Shown here in pieces: positions 1 to 9,914 of a stretch of DNA of 37,040 nt. The notes below the pieces were generated by a model. It made no database searches. It was not told the origin of the DNA and was given only the letters and a program-made list of their open reading frames with translations. The position numbers and the translations under genes were made by a program. This DNA is from Candidatus Omnitrophota bacterium. Lineage in GTDB: Bacteria > Omnitrophota > Gorgyraeia > Aquiviventales > Aquiviventaceae. Positions within the stretch are counted from its first letter, which is position 1. Each line of letters starts with the position of its first letter. Location of the stretch: positions 1-37,040 of the forward strand of contig JACQRD010000047.1 in assembly GCA_016206675.1 (NCBI GenBank), given 5' to 3'.

Positions 1-25
1 CCCTTGCCCCATGCCCCTTGCCCCT
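1..25. repeat. Heptamer tandem repeat (CCCWTGC)
   Basis: cccttgc cccatgc cccttgc ccct; truncated by window edge. Confidence 0.55.
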
Positions 26-2284
26 CCTGCGGCTGTTATGTACGTGATATGGTCGCTGGCCGTCGGCGGCGCCGAGCGCGTGGTGGCTCTGCTGGCAGAG
101 CATCTTGACCGCGTCCGCTACCGGCCGCTTGTCGTTTGTCTCAACGAAGAGGGCGCGCTGGCCGCACCCCTGCGGCAGGCCGGGGTGGAGATCATGGCGC
201 TGCGCAAGCGGGGGCCGGCCGATCTGCAAACACTCTGGCGGCTTGTCTCGTTGATGCGGCAGCAACGGGTGCAATTGGTGCACACCCATCTCTGGGGCGC
301 GAATCTCTGGGGCCGGCTGGCGGCATGGATCGCCGGCATTCCTGTCATCGCCACCGAGCACAACACCGATACGTGGAAGCCGTGGTGGTATTTGCTGCTT
401 GACCGCTGGCTGGCGCCGCGCACCAGCGCGCTGATCGCGGTGTCACAAGCCGTGAAGGATTTCTACGTGGCGCATGGCATCGGTCCTGATCGGCTGGCGG
501 TCATCCCCAACGGGATTGAGACGGAGCGCTTCGCTTCGGTGCCGCCCTCTGGCTTCTACCGCGAATTGGGATGGCCGGAGCAGGCGCCGAGGTTTCTGGC
601 GATCGGGCGGCTGGTGCCGGCGAAGCGGCACGACCGCTTTATTGACGCCATGGCGCAGGTGATCGCCGCGCGGCCCGGTGCGCGCGGGCTGATCATCGGC
701 GAGGGGCCGCTGCAGCAGACGCTGGCCCAGCGCATTGCCGCGCGCGGCCTGCAAGGCCAAGTGGTGTTGGCCGGCGTGCGCCACGACGTGCCGTCGCTGC
801 TTGGCGGCGCGCGGGCGGTGGTGTTTACCTCAGAGCGCGAAGGGCTGCCCATGGTGACACTGGAAGCGATGGCTGCGGGGGTGCCGGTCGTCTCCACGCC
901 GGTGGGCGGCGTGCCGGAGGTCATCGAGGATGGGCGCACCGGCTGGCTGGTGCCGCCGGACGATGAGGCTTCGCTCGTCGAACGGCTGACGCGCCTGGTC
1001 GATGAGCCGGCGCTGGCCCAACGCGCGGGGGCTGCGGCCCAGACGGCGGTGCGAGGCCGCTGGAGCTTGCCGGCGATGGTGCGCGCCCATGACGCGCTCT
1101 ATCAGCGCGCCTTGCGCCCGCTCGTGCCGGTCACTTTTATCATCGACCATTTGGGCGCCGGCGGAGCGCAGCGCCAGCTCTTTGAGCTCGTCAGCCGGCT
1201 GCCGAAGGAGCGTTTCGCGGCCCGCGTCATCTCGCTTTCGGATCAGCCGCAGGCAGATCTGGAGCGATTCCGCGCCGCCGGCATCGAGGTGGCCTGCATC
1301 GCCCAATCGGGCGCCTGGAACTGGAGATGTTTCTGGCGCCTCCTGCGAGCGCTGCGGCGTCAGCGGCCGCGCATCGTCCACACCTGGCTCTTTACGGCCG
1401 ACTTGTACGGCCGGCTGGCGGCGCGTCTTGCGGGGGTGCCGGTCGTCGTCAGCGCGGTGCGCAGCGTCGACGCCGGTAAGCCGGGGCATTACATCGCCGC
1501 CGACCGGTGGCTGGGCCGCATGACGAATGCTCTGACGGTCAACGCGGAAGCGATCCGGCGGGTGCTGCGCGACCGCGAGGGGCTGCCCGCCTCAAAACTC
1601 CACACGATTTATAACGGCGTGGACCTGCACGTGTTCAATCCGGCCACCCGCAACGGGACACTGCGTCAGCAGTGGCGCGTCGGCCCGGCTGACCAGGTGG
1701 TGGGCATCGTCGGGCGGCTCGCCCCTGAGAAAGACCACGCGACCTTTCTGCGGGCGGCGGCGGCCGTCGCGCAGCAGCAGCCCAACGCCCGCTTTCTCAT
1801 CGTCGGCCAGGGGCCGCTGCGCGGCCAGCTGGAGCAACTGAGCCGCCAGCTCGGGCTGCAGCCGCAGGTGCGGTTCGTCGATTCGCCGCAGGAGATCGCC
1901 GACGTCTTCGCGGCGATCGATCTGCTTGTGCTGTCATCGATCTACGAAGGCTGCTCCAACGTCATCCTCGAGGCGATGGCGATGGGCAAGCCGGTGATCG
2001 CCACCGACGTGGGCGGCAATCCCGAGCTGGTCGAGCCGCAGCGCACCGGGTTGCTGGTACCGGTGGGCAACCCGGAAGCGCTTGCGGAAGCGATGGTGCA
2101 GCTGCTGCGCGATCCGCCGCGCGCCACGCAGCTAGGTGAGGCCGGGCGGCAGCGCGTTGAGGAGTATTTCAGCGCCGAGCGGATGGTCGCGCAGACTATC
2201 AGTCTCTATGAGTCGCTCCTTCAAAAAGGTGTCAGACACCTTTTGGCTTCCAAAGTGTCTGACACCATTTCTGGAGAGGGTTAA
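11..2284 (+). CDS. Tandem double GT4 (GT-B) glycosyltransferase; start uncertain (frame open to window edge)
   Basis: Two complete GT4 units: GGAER...EGLPMVTLEAMAAGVPVVST and GGAQR...EGCSNVILEAMAMGKPVIAT. Confidence 0.93.
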   Translation: MPLAPPAAVMYVIWSLAVGGAERVVALLAEHLDRVRYRPLVVCLNEEGALAAPLRQAGVEIMALRKRGPADLQTLWRLVSLMRQQRVQLVHTHLWGANLWGRLAAWIAGIPVIATEHNTDTWKPWWYLLLDRWLAPRTSALIAVSQAVKDFYVAHGIGPDRLAVIPNGIETERFASVPPSGFYRELGWPEQAPRFLAIGRLVPAKRHDRFIDAMAQVIAARPGARGLIIGEGPLQQTLAQRIAARGLQGQVVLAGVRHDVPSLLGGARAVVFTSEREGLPMVTLEAMAAGVPVVSTPVGGVPEVIEDGRTGWLVPPDDEASLVERLTRLVDEPALAQRAGAAAQTAVRGRWSLPAMVRAHDALYQRALRPLVPVTFIIDHLGAGGAQRQLFELVSRLPKERFAARVISLSDQPQADLERFRAAGIEVACIAQSGAWNWRCFWRLLRALRRQRPRIVHTWLFTADLYGRLAARLAGVPVVVSAVRSVDAGKPGHYIAADRWLGRMTNALTVNAEAIRRVLRDREGLPASKLHTIYNGVDLHVFNPATRNGTLRQQWRVGPADQVVGIVGRLAPEKDHATFLRAAAAVAQQQPNARFLIVGQGPLRGQLEQLSRQLGLQPQVRFVDSPQEIADVFAAIDLLVLSSIYEGCSNVILEAMAMGKPVIATDVGGNPELVEPQRTGLLVPVGNPEALAEAMVQLLRDPPRATQLGEAGRQRVEEYFSAERMVAQTISLYESLLQKGVRHLLASKVSDTISGEG
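2224..2270. repeat. REP-like palindrome doublet in 3' end of GT gene
   Basis: aaaaggtgtc-a-gacacctttt (2224-2244) followed by gtgtc-t-gacac (2255-2265). Confidence 0.8.
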
Positions 2285-5200
2285 TGCGTTCGTGGAAAAC
2301 GGTGGTCATCATCGTAGTGGGTATCGCGGTGGGTGCGGCCATCGCCATGCACCGGCGCGCACCGCCATCCTCTGCCGCGGCGCAGCGAGCGGCGGCGGCC
2401 TCGCATGCGGCCAAGGAACTATGGCTGAGCGATTTTGAATCCGACGCAGAGCTGACCGAGCGCTGGAAGCTGCGCGATGCGACCGCCATTCGCAGCGCGG
2501 AGCAGGCCACCCACGGGGCGGGGGGCGCGCAGATTCTTTTCCGCAAGAGCGACGCGCCGGCCGCGATGATCGAAGACTACTTCAGCAACCACGCGGAGCT
2601 GCGCGATTGGAGCCGCTACGCCTCCCTGCGCTTCGACGTGCACAATCCCCAGGCGTCGGTGGAGCGCCTCATCGTCCAGATCAAGGACGGCGCCGGCCGC
2701 CGCTACAAGCGGGAGCTCCACCTCAGCAGCCAGACCACCCACCACATCACCATTCCGATCGCCCAGCTGCGCGAGCAGCTCAACGTGCGGCACATCGCGC
2801 AGATCAGCCTCTTCCAATGGAAACCGAAGGCGCCGGCCCGCTTCTTCCTGGATGCGGTGCGCCTGCAGACCGCGCAGGCCGCAGGCGATGACGTGGAGCC
2901 GATTGGCGCGCAGATGCCGTTGGAGGATGCGGCGGTGACGCCGAATCAATTGAGCGCCTGGAACTTCCGTCAGCAGATCGCGCGCTGGCAAGGCACGGAT
3001 GCAGCCACCGGGCAGCCGGTGGTGCGCGTGCCGCTAAGCCTCGTGACCGAGGCACCGCTCTCCGTGGGGTTTCCAGTCACCGGCGGCGTGCCGCTGCCGA
3101 TGGGGCAGTTGCAACCTCACGATGCGGTGCGGCTGGTGGATCCGCAGGGCCTGGCCTGGCCGCTCCAGACTCGTCCATTGGCCCGATGGGAGGACGGTAG
3201 CCTGAAATGGCTGCAAGTGACCACGACGATCCCGCCAGGGGCTGCTGGCCGCGATCTCTGGCTGGAGTACGGCGCGCCGGTAGCACCCCCGGCCGAACCG
3301 GCTGCGCGTGTGCAGGTGGAGGAAACGCCTGAGGCGGTGCGGGTGACGACCGGGCCGCTGCAGTTTTCCGTCAGCAAACAGCACTTCACCCTGTTTGAGT
3401 CGGCGCTGGTGGATCGCAACCGTGACGGCGCCTTCAGTGAAGAAGAACGGCTTGCCGGGGCGGGCGATCTGGTGATCATGCATCAGGGGCGCGCGTTCCG
3501 CAGCTTGGCAGACCGCAAGAGCTATACGCTGACGGTGGAAGAGCGCGGCCCGCTGCGCGCCACGCTGAAGGCCAGCGGATGGTTCCGCGACGAAGGCGGC
3601 AAGGGTTTTTGCCAGTTTACCGTGCGCCTGCAGGCTTTCGCCGGCTTGCCGCAGGTGCGCCTCTACCACACCGTCATCTATACCGGCTATCCGGCGAACA
3701 CGTACCACCATGAGTACAAGGACATCAAATTGCCCGAGAACGAGACCATTGAGGAGATCCGCCTGGAGCTGCCCGTGACGACGGCCGCCGGCGGCCAACT
3801 GCTGACGGCGGATGAGCAGGGGCCGTGGGCAGCACCGCTGAGCGCGCCAACCGTTATCCACCAGCACGCCCACGACGCCTTCCGCATCACCCAGGCAGAG
3901 GCGGTAGTGCGCAAGGGCGGGCGCAACGAGGGATGGGTGCTGGCACAGAACGAGACGGCAGGCGTCATGGCGCTGGTGCGCGAGGCCTGGCAGCAATATC
4001 CGAAAGAACTCATCGCCGATCCCCAGGCGAATCGGCTCATCATCAAGCTGTGGCCCGCCTCCGCCGGCGAGCTGGATTTACGGACCACCAAGGAGGCCTT
4101 CGGCCCGGATGACGTCGCCCGCGGCAGCGCCTTCGGGCTGGGCAAGACGCACGAGATGGTCTTCGGCTTTCTCGGCGTGCCGGTGGAGGCCCCCACCGCC
4201 CGGTCCATTGCGGGACTCTGGCAGCAGCCGTGGCTGCTGGCCGCCCATCCGGTGTGGCTGCAGGCCACCAACGTCTGGGGCGAGATGGCGCCGGCTTTCT
4301 GGGAGCAGTTCGGCGAGACCGAAGCGTTGATGGACGGCCTCTTCAACTGGGCTGACCGGCAGATCCGCAACTTCAATTGGTACGGGATGCTCGATTGGGG
4401 CGATACCCGGCTGTGGTGGCGCAAAGAAGCGTACGACAAATCGTACGACGAGTGGGGCTGGCATCCGGAAGGGCGCTGGGGGTGGCATAACTGCGAGGCG
4501 GTCGGCACGCACGCCGCCGCGCTGGTGAGCTTCATGCGGTCGCTCGATCTGCGCTACTTCCGATTCGGCGAGACGAAGGCGCGCCACGTGATGGACGTGG
4601 ACACGGTGCACTACAACACCGTCGCCAACGATCCGCGGTTGAGCAAGAAGATCCCCGACACCTTCGCCAAGGTTGGTTCGATCCACCGGCACAGCGCCAA
4701 CCACTGGAGCGGGCGCAACGAGGAGGCCACCCACACGCATGTGCTGGGGCTGCTGATGTACTACTACCTCACCGGCTACGACCGGGCGATGGACGTCGCC
4801 AACGAGGTCGGCGGTTTCCTCCTGCAGAATCCCGTGACGTACACCAAGCATCCGGACATCGCGCCGCTGCGGGGGGTGTCCAACGTGCTCTGGGGCGACG
4901 TGCTGATGTACCAGGCCACGGGCGATCGCCGCTATCGCGCGCAGGCGGATGACTGGATCCGCGTGCTGCTGCTGGGCCAGCGGGAAGACGGGGCGTGGGT
5001 TGAAACCTACAACCCGCGCGACCGGATGTGGGACGGCAAGGTCAAAACCAACTACATCACGCTGCATACCCTCCCGGCGCTAATCGCCTACCACCGGATG
5101 ACCGGCAACGAGCGGGTGGGCAAGGCGATCGTGCGCGCCACGGAGTCGATGTTCCGGCGGGAGAAGTATCTCGAAGCCTTCGACGCCGCCGGCTACAGCT

Positions 5201-7119
5201 ACCTGCTGACGGGCAAGAGCCAGTATCTGGATGAAGGCCGCCGGCTGCTGCGCAACGTCGTCAAGTCGCAGGATCACTCCGGCAAGCCGCTCTTCGACGG
5301 CATCACCTTCAAGAAGACCATCTATGACCGCGTCACCCCCATCCTCTATACCGTGCCGCTGCTGCACGGCGCGATGACCACGCCGGACTTCAACGCCCTG
5401 CGGCAGGGCATGGCGGCCGCCACGCCGCAGGTGGAGCCCCAGGAGCTTTCGGAGGGGGCGGAATCCCGAGCGAGTCCCGCCAACGGCGGGACGAGTCGAG
5501 GGACATCGCAAGCACCCAACCCGCTGATTCCATATGACGTGCTGGTCGCGCCGTCCCTGGAGAAAGTGCTGCCGGAGCGCGGGGAGATTCCCGGCGCACA
5601 CCTGAATCCGGCGCAGATCAGCCTGGCCCGCAACGAGTACGAGGCCATCCAACTCGTCCTGCACAGCGAGCTCGGCGAGCTGCGGCAGGTGCGCATCGAG
5701 CCCGGTCCGCTGACCCATGTGGGCGGACAGGGAACGATTCCACCAGACGCCATCAGTTGGTCGCCGGTTGGTTTCGTCAAAACGCGCCAGCCGGGTTACA
5801 TGGTCAGCCATGTCGGCTGGTGGCCGGATCCGCTGCCGGCTGCCACGCCGTTTGATGTGAAGCGCGGCTGGACCCAGCCTGTCTGGGTCACCATCTACAC
5901 GCCGCCGGGTACGCCCGCAGGGGAGTACCGCGGCGTGATCACCATCCGCGCCGACAATGCAGCACCCACGACAATCGAGCTGGCGGTGCACGTGTGGGAC
6001 TTCGACCTGCCGCAGATCCCAACGCTCAAAACGGCGTTTGACGTGTATCTCAATCGCCTGCAGAGCGGCTACAGCCAGTTTTTCCCGCAGTGGTGGCAGC
6101 GATGGGAGCCGCGCCAGGAGGAGCTGGCCGAGCGATTTTACGACGACCTATTGCGTCACCGCCTCTCGCCGATTCTCAACGCCGACCTGTCCGATCCTGC
6201 GCAGTTGGCCCTGGTCAAGCGGCTGCGGCAGCGCGGGCTCTCCGCCTTCGCCGTCGGCCGCCACGGCGGCAGCTTCAACAACGAATGGCCGAAGGATGAC
6301 GCCGCCCTGGCAGAGCTGGAGCCGGTCTACCGGCGCTATGCCCACGAGTTGGAGCAGGCCGGGCTGCTGGAGGCGCATTACGTCTATACCTACGATGAGC
6401 CTGAGTTGGGCCTGGCGCGCGCCGAGGAGGCCGGCCGGATGATCCGCGCGGCCTCGCCGAAGCTGAAGAATCTGCTCGTGCTCTACGACGCGCCCCACGT
6501 CGGCACGCTGCAGCAGTGGCTTGAGCCGTTCGACATCGTCGTGCTGCGCAACGTCACCTTCGAGCCGATCCGGGCGGATTCCCTGAAGCGGCTGGGCAAG
6601 GAGGTCTGGCTGTACGTCTCCGGCCCCAAGCCGCCGTTTCCAACGCTGGTGATCGACTACCCGGCGATGGCCTACCGCATCCTGCCGTGGATGTGCTGGA
6701 AGTACGGCTTGAGCGGCCTGCTGTATTGGAGCGTCAACTACTGGACCACCGATCCGTATAAGGACCCGATGAACACCCAATGGGAGCAGAACGGCAACGG
6801 CTCGCTCTACTACCCCGGGCCCGACGGGCCGGTGCCGTCGCTGCGGCTTGAGGTGCTGCGCGACGGCCTGGAAGACTACGAGTATCTAGCACGGCTGCGG
6901 CAGCTGGTGGAGCGGGTGGAGCGCCTCTCCGCCGCGCAGAACGACCGCCAGCTGCAAACGTATTTGGCGCAGGCGAAGCGTCTGCTGGCGGTGGATGATC
7001 TGCTCGTGAAGTCCATGCAGCTCTATGCGAGGAATCCCGAGGCGCTGGAGCTGCAGCGCGCGCAACTGGCGGAGGCTATTGAAATGCTGCAGCGGGTCGA
7101 ACAGGTTGCTCACCGCTGA
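2284..7119 (+). CDS. Secreted/membrane-anchored multidomain glycan-active protein: N-terminal CBM-like domain, exo-rhamnogalacturonan lyase (PcRGLX/YetA)-like region, C-terminal DUF4091/GH123-like domain
   Basis: N-terminal hydrophobic helix; PVTGGVPLP..QTRPLARWEDGSLKW and YGMLDWGD motifs; ARNEYEAIQL, WPDPL, YDEP, GLLYW, GNGSLYYPG, SLRLEVLRDGLEDYEYL motifs. Confidence 0.72.
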   Translation: MRSWKTVVIIVVGIAVGAAIAMHRRAPPSSAAAQRAAAASHAAKELWLSDFESDAELTERWKLRDATAIRSAEQATHGAGGAQILFRKSDAPAAMIEDYFSNHAELRDWSRYASLRFDVHNPQASVERLIVQIKDGAGRRYKRELHLSSQTTHHITIPIAQLREQLNVRHIAQISLFQWKPKAPARFFLDAVRLQTAQAAGDDVEPIGAQMPLEDAAVTPNQLSAWNFRQQIARWQGTDAATGQPVVRVPLSLVTEAPLSVGFPVTGGVPLPMGQLQPHDAVRLVDPQGLAWPLQTRPLARWEDGSLKWLQVTTTIPPGAAGRDLWLEYGAPVAPPAEPAARVQVEETPEAVRVTTGPLQFSVSKQHFTLFESALVDRNRDGAFSEEERLAGAGDLVIMHQGRAFRSLADRKSYTLTVEERGPLRATLKASGWFRDEGGKGFCQFTVRLQAFAGLPQVRLYHTVIYTGYPANTYHHEYKDIKLPENETIEEIRLELPVTTAAGGQLLTADEQGPWAAPLSAPTVIHQHAHDAFRITQAEAVVRKGGRNEGWVLAQNETAGVMALVREAWQQYPKELIADPQANRLIIKLWPASAGELDLRTTKEAFGPDDVARGSAFGLGKTHEMVFGFLGVPVEAPTARSIAGLWQQPWLLAAHPVWLQATNVWGEMAPAFWEQFGETEALMDGLFNWADRQIRNFNWYGMLDWGDTRLWWRKEAYDKSYDEWGWHPEGRWGWHNCEAVGTHAAALVSFMRSLDLRYFRFGETKARHVMDVDTVHYNTVANDPRLSKKIPDTFAKVGSIHRHSANHWSGRNEEATHTHVLGLLMYYYLTGYDRAMDVANEVGGFLLQNPVTYTKHPDIAPLRGVSNVLWGDVLMYQATGDRRYRAQADDWIRVLLLGQREDGAWVETYNPRDRMWDGKVKTNYITLHTLPALIAYHRMTGNERVGKAIVRATESMFRREKYLEAFDAAGYSYLLTGKSQYLDEGRRLLRNVVKSQDHSGKPLFDGITFKKTIYDRVTPILYTVPLLHGAMTTPDFNALRQGMAAATPQVEPQELSEGAESRASPANGGTSRGTSQAPNPLIPYDVLVAPSLEKVLPERGEIPGAHLNPAQISLARNEYEAIQLVLHSELGELRQVRIEPGPLTHVGGQGTIPPDAISWSPVGFVKTRQPGYMVSHVGWWPDPLPAATPFDVKRGWTQPVWVTIYTPPGTPAGEYRGVITIRADNAAPTTIELAVHVWDFDLPQIPTLKTAFDVYLNRLQSGYSQFFPQWWQRWEPRQEELAERFYDDLLRHRLSPILNADLSDPAQLALVKRLRQRGLSAFAVGRHGGSFNNEWPKDDAALAELEPVYRRYAHELEQAGLLEAHYVYTYDEPELGLARAEEAGRMIRAASPKLKNLLVLYDAPHVGTLQQWLEPFDIVVLRNVTFEPIRADSLKRLGKEVWLYVSGPKPPFPTLVIDYPAMAYRILPWMCWKYGLSGLLYWSVNYWTTDPYKDPMNTQWEQNGNGSLYYPGPDGPVPSLRLEVLRDGLEDYEYLARLRQLVERVERLSAAQNDRQLQTYLAQAKRLLAVDDLLVKSMQLYARNPEALELQRAQLAEAIEMLQRVEQVAHR
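5464..5503. repeat. Small palindromic element within interdomain linker
   Basis: tccc-gagcga-gtcccgcc-aac-ggcgggac-gagtcga-ggga. Confidence 0.65.
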
Positions 7120-7901
7120 TGCGCGTCGTCGCCCTCACCTTCCATGACTTCAGCGCGAACGGTCATGAGGGCCCCGGGGATGCGGTCTACACGATCACCG
7201 CGGCGGAGATGGAGTCGCTGCTGGCGCACGTGCACAAGCTGGGCTACCGCACCGTCAGCTCCAAGGCCTTCCGGGCGTGGCAGCAGGGCAACGGCAGCTT
7301 GCCGGAGCGCACCGTCGTCTTCACCTTCGATGACGGCTATACCAGCCATCTCGAGATCGCGGCCTCGCTGCTGAACCGCTACCGCTTCACGGGCACCTTT
7401 TTCGTCACACTGAACCACATCGGCCAGCCGGGGTTTCTCACGTGGGAGCAGCTGCGCAAGCTTATCTTCCTCGGCATGGAGATCGGCTCGCACGGGGTCA
7501 CCCACCGGCCGCTGACCTCGCTGTCGCGCCAGGAGATGGAAGAGGAGCTGGTGCAATCCAAGCGCGTGCTCGAGCAGCAGCTCGGCACGCCGGTTCATTC
7601 CATCGCCGCGCCCGGCGGCTTCTGGAACGGGGCGGTGGCCGAAGCGGCCCGGCGTACTGGCTACGACGCCGTGTGGGTCTCCAACATCGGCACCAACGGC
7701 AAGGAGACCAACCCCTTTGCGCTGCGGCGCGTCGTGGTGCGCAAGCCGTTTTCGCTCGAGCGCGTGGTGGCCATGGTCGAGGGCTGGCAGCCCGCCTTCT
7801 GGTGGGCGGCAAACCAGCAGTTGTTGATCCGCGTGCTGAAGCGCACCCTCGGCGTCTACTGGTACGAACGCCTGAAGCGCCGCCTTGTGCCCAATGCGTA
7901 A
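7119..7901 (+). CDS. Polysaccharide deacetylase (CE4/NodB domain)
   Basis: TFDDGY, EIGSHGVTH, APGG motifs. Confidence 0.92.
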   Translation: MRVVALTFHDFSANGHEGPGDAVYTITAAEMESLLAHVHKLGYRTVSSKAFRAWQQGNGSLPERTVVFTFDDGYTSHLEIAASLLNRYRFTGTFFVTLNHIGQPGFLTWEQLRKLIFLGMEIGSHGVTHRPLTSLSRQEMEEELVQSKRVLEQQLGTPVHSIAAPGGFWNGAVAEAARRTGYDAVWVSNIGTNGKETNPFALRRVVVRKPFSLERVVAMVEGWQPAFWWAANQQLLIRVLKRTLGVYWYERLKRRLVPNA

Positions 7902-7910
7902 GCCGGTGGC

Positions 7911-9476
7911 ATGATCATCGACAGCCGGACGGTGCCCGCAGGCACGACCATCAAGACGGACCTGTGCATTATCGGCGCCGGGGCCGCCGGCATTACGCTA
8001 GCCCGGGAGTTCGCGGGGCGCTCGACACGGGTCTGTCTTTTGGAAAGCGGAGGATTGACCCAGGATCCTCGAACGCAGGCCCTGAACGCGGGTGAAAACG
8101 CCGGGCTACCTTATTTCCCGCTCGTCGCGGCGCGGTTGCGTTATTTTGGCGGCACGACCAATCACTGGGCCGGGGAGTGCCGTCCGCTGGATGAAATCGA
8201 TTTTGAGGTTCGTGACTGGATCCCGCACAGTGGCTGGCCGTTTCGACGGGCGGAGCTGATGCCCTACTACGAACGGGCCCACGCGCTCTGCCAGCTGGGT
8301 CCGTGGACGTACGAACCGGCGGATTGGGAATTCAAAAGGGCGCGACACATTCCATTCCCCCCCGAGCGCATGAAGACACTGGTGTTTCAGCTCAGTCCAC
8401 CGACACGTTTCGGCAGTGTCTACCGCGAGGAGCTGGCCCAAGCGGCGAACGTCTCCACCTACTTGCAAGCCACGATCCTGGAATTGGAGACCAACGCCGA
8501 TGCCGAGAAGGTGACGAGGGCCAGAGTGGCGGTAGAGAACCGGCAGGAGTTCTGGGTGGAAGCGAAGAGGTTTATCCTGGCGGGAGGAGCCATCGAGAAT
8601 GCCCGGCTCTTGCTGGCATCGAACCGCACCCAAACCGCCGGCCTAGGCAACCAGCATAATCTCGTAGGGCGGTTCTTCATGGAGCATTTGGGAATGGAAA
8701 GCGGGATCTTTCTGAGCCAGGAGCCGAAGCTTCGCCTCGATTTCTACCCGCATCATTGGGTGGAGCGCCATGGCGTTCGCATCCGTTCCATGGCCACGCT
8801 TGGGTTTTCTCCTGAAGTGATGCGCCGTGAGCAGATCGGCAATTTTAATTGCGAGTTGGATCCCATTAAACCGCGCGAACTGGAGGGGGTGAAATCCCTT
8901 GAAACAATCGCTGGATCTGCACGGCGCGGCAAGATCGCCCCTGGGTTCGCCGCCCATGTTCGGAATATCATCGTCCACATAGATGAGGTCCTCATGTCCG
9001 CTCGCAGCAAGGTGCTCAAGCGGCCGCTAGGCCTCGCCCGTGTCATCAACCGTTCGGAGCAGGTGCCGAACCCGTCCAGTCGAGTGATGTTATCCGACAA
9101 GCGAGATCGGTTTAACCAGCCCCAAGCGCGGCTGGAATGGCGGCTCGATGTACTGGACCGGAAGACCGTAAAGAGAGGGCATGAGCTCGTGGGGCTCGAA
9201 ATGGGTCGAACGAATCTCGGCCGCCTCAAGCTCCTGCTCGGCCCCGATGAAGCCGCGTGGCCCATTCAAGGATCATGGCATCATATGGGGACGACACGAA
9301 TGCACACCGATCCCAAGCAGGGTGTCGTGAACGCCGACTGCCGCATCCACGGGATCAGCAACTTGTATGCCGCGGGCAGCTCGGTGTTTCCGACCTCCGG
9401 CAGCGCGCCTCCGACGCTGACCAGTGTGGCGCTGGCCCTTCGCCTGGCGGATCATCTGAAGGAGGTCCTGGCGTAA
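7911..9476 (+). CDS. GMC-family FAD oxidoreductase
   Basis: IIGAGAAG, GGTTNHW, GRFFMEH, HHMGTTRM, AGSSVFPT motifs. Confidence 0.93.
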   Translation: MIIDSRTVPAGTTIKTDLCIIGAGAAGITLAREFAGRSTRVCLLESGGLTQDPRTQALNAGENAGLPYFPLVAARLRYFGGTTNHWAGECRPLDEIDFEVRDWIPHSGWPFRRAELMPYYERAHALCQLGPWTYEPADWEFKRARHIPFPPERMKTLVFQLSPPTRFGSVYREELAQAANVSTYLQATILELETNADAEKVTRARVAVENRQEFWVEAKRFILAGGAIENARLLLASNRTQTAGLGNQHNLVGRFFMEHLGMESGIFLSQEPKLRLDFYPHHWVERHGVRIRSMATLGFSPEVMRREQIGNFNCELDPIKPRELEGVKSLETIAGSARRGKIAPGFAAHVRNIIVHIDEVLMSARSKVLKRPLGLARVINRSEQVPNPSSRVMLSDKRDRFNQPQARLEWRLDVLDRKTVKRGHELVGLEMGRTNLGRLKLLLGPDEAAWPIQGSWHHMGTTRMHTDPKQGVVNADCRIHGISNLYAAGSSVFPTSGSAPPTLTSVALALRLADHLKEVLA

Positions 9477-9901
9477 TGTGGCGGTCGGCGGTGACACGGC
9501 GGCGGTTTCTGCACGTGCTTCTCGGCGCCATCGGCGTCGCGGCGCTTCGCCCGTTTCGGGCCTTGGCGCCCTTGATGCCGCGGATGCCATCTGAACCGCT
9601 TAGCGAGCGGTTGGGACGCCTGCTGCCTGATCCAACCAGCGCCGCCGTGGTCGGCCACGCGTATCTCGATTGCGTGCCTGCAGAAGCGGATAGGCATCGG
9701 CTCGTGGAGCTGATGAGTCCGCGGCGGCAGCGCAGGGCGCTTGCGGCAGCTCCCACCGCCCGCTTGCAGGAATGGTTTCATCAGCGAAGGCGACGGGATT
9801 TTGAAATGGAGCACACCGTGCTGGTGCAGGGATGGATGCTCTCTGTGACCGAAGCGCGGCTGTGCGCGTTAGTGGCTCTCCGGGCGGGACGCTCGGCATG
9901 A
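9476..9901 (+). CDS. Small protein with twin-arginine signal; probable partner of the GMC enzyme
   Basis: ATG overlaps GMC stop (taatg); MWRSAVTRRRFLHVLLGAIGVAA; C-terminal DF..TVLVQGWMLSVTEARLCAL. Confidence 0.72.
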   Translation: MWRSAVTRRRFLHVLLGAIGVAALRPFRALAPLMPRMPSEPLSERLGRLLPDPTSAAVVGHAYLDCVPAEADRHRLVELMSPRRQRRALAAAPTARLQEWFHQRRRRDFEMEHTVLVQGWMLSVTEARLCALVALRAGRSA

Positions 9902-9914
9902 GGAGGTAAGAGAC

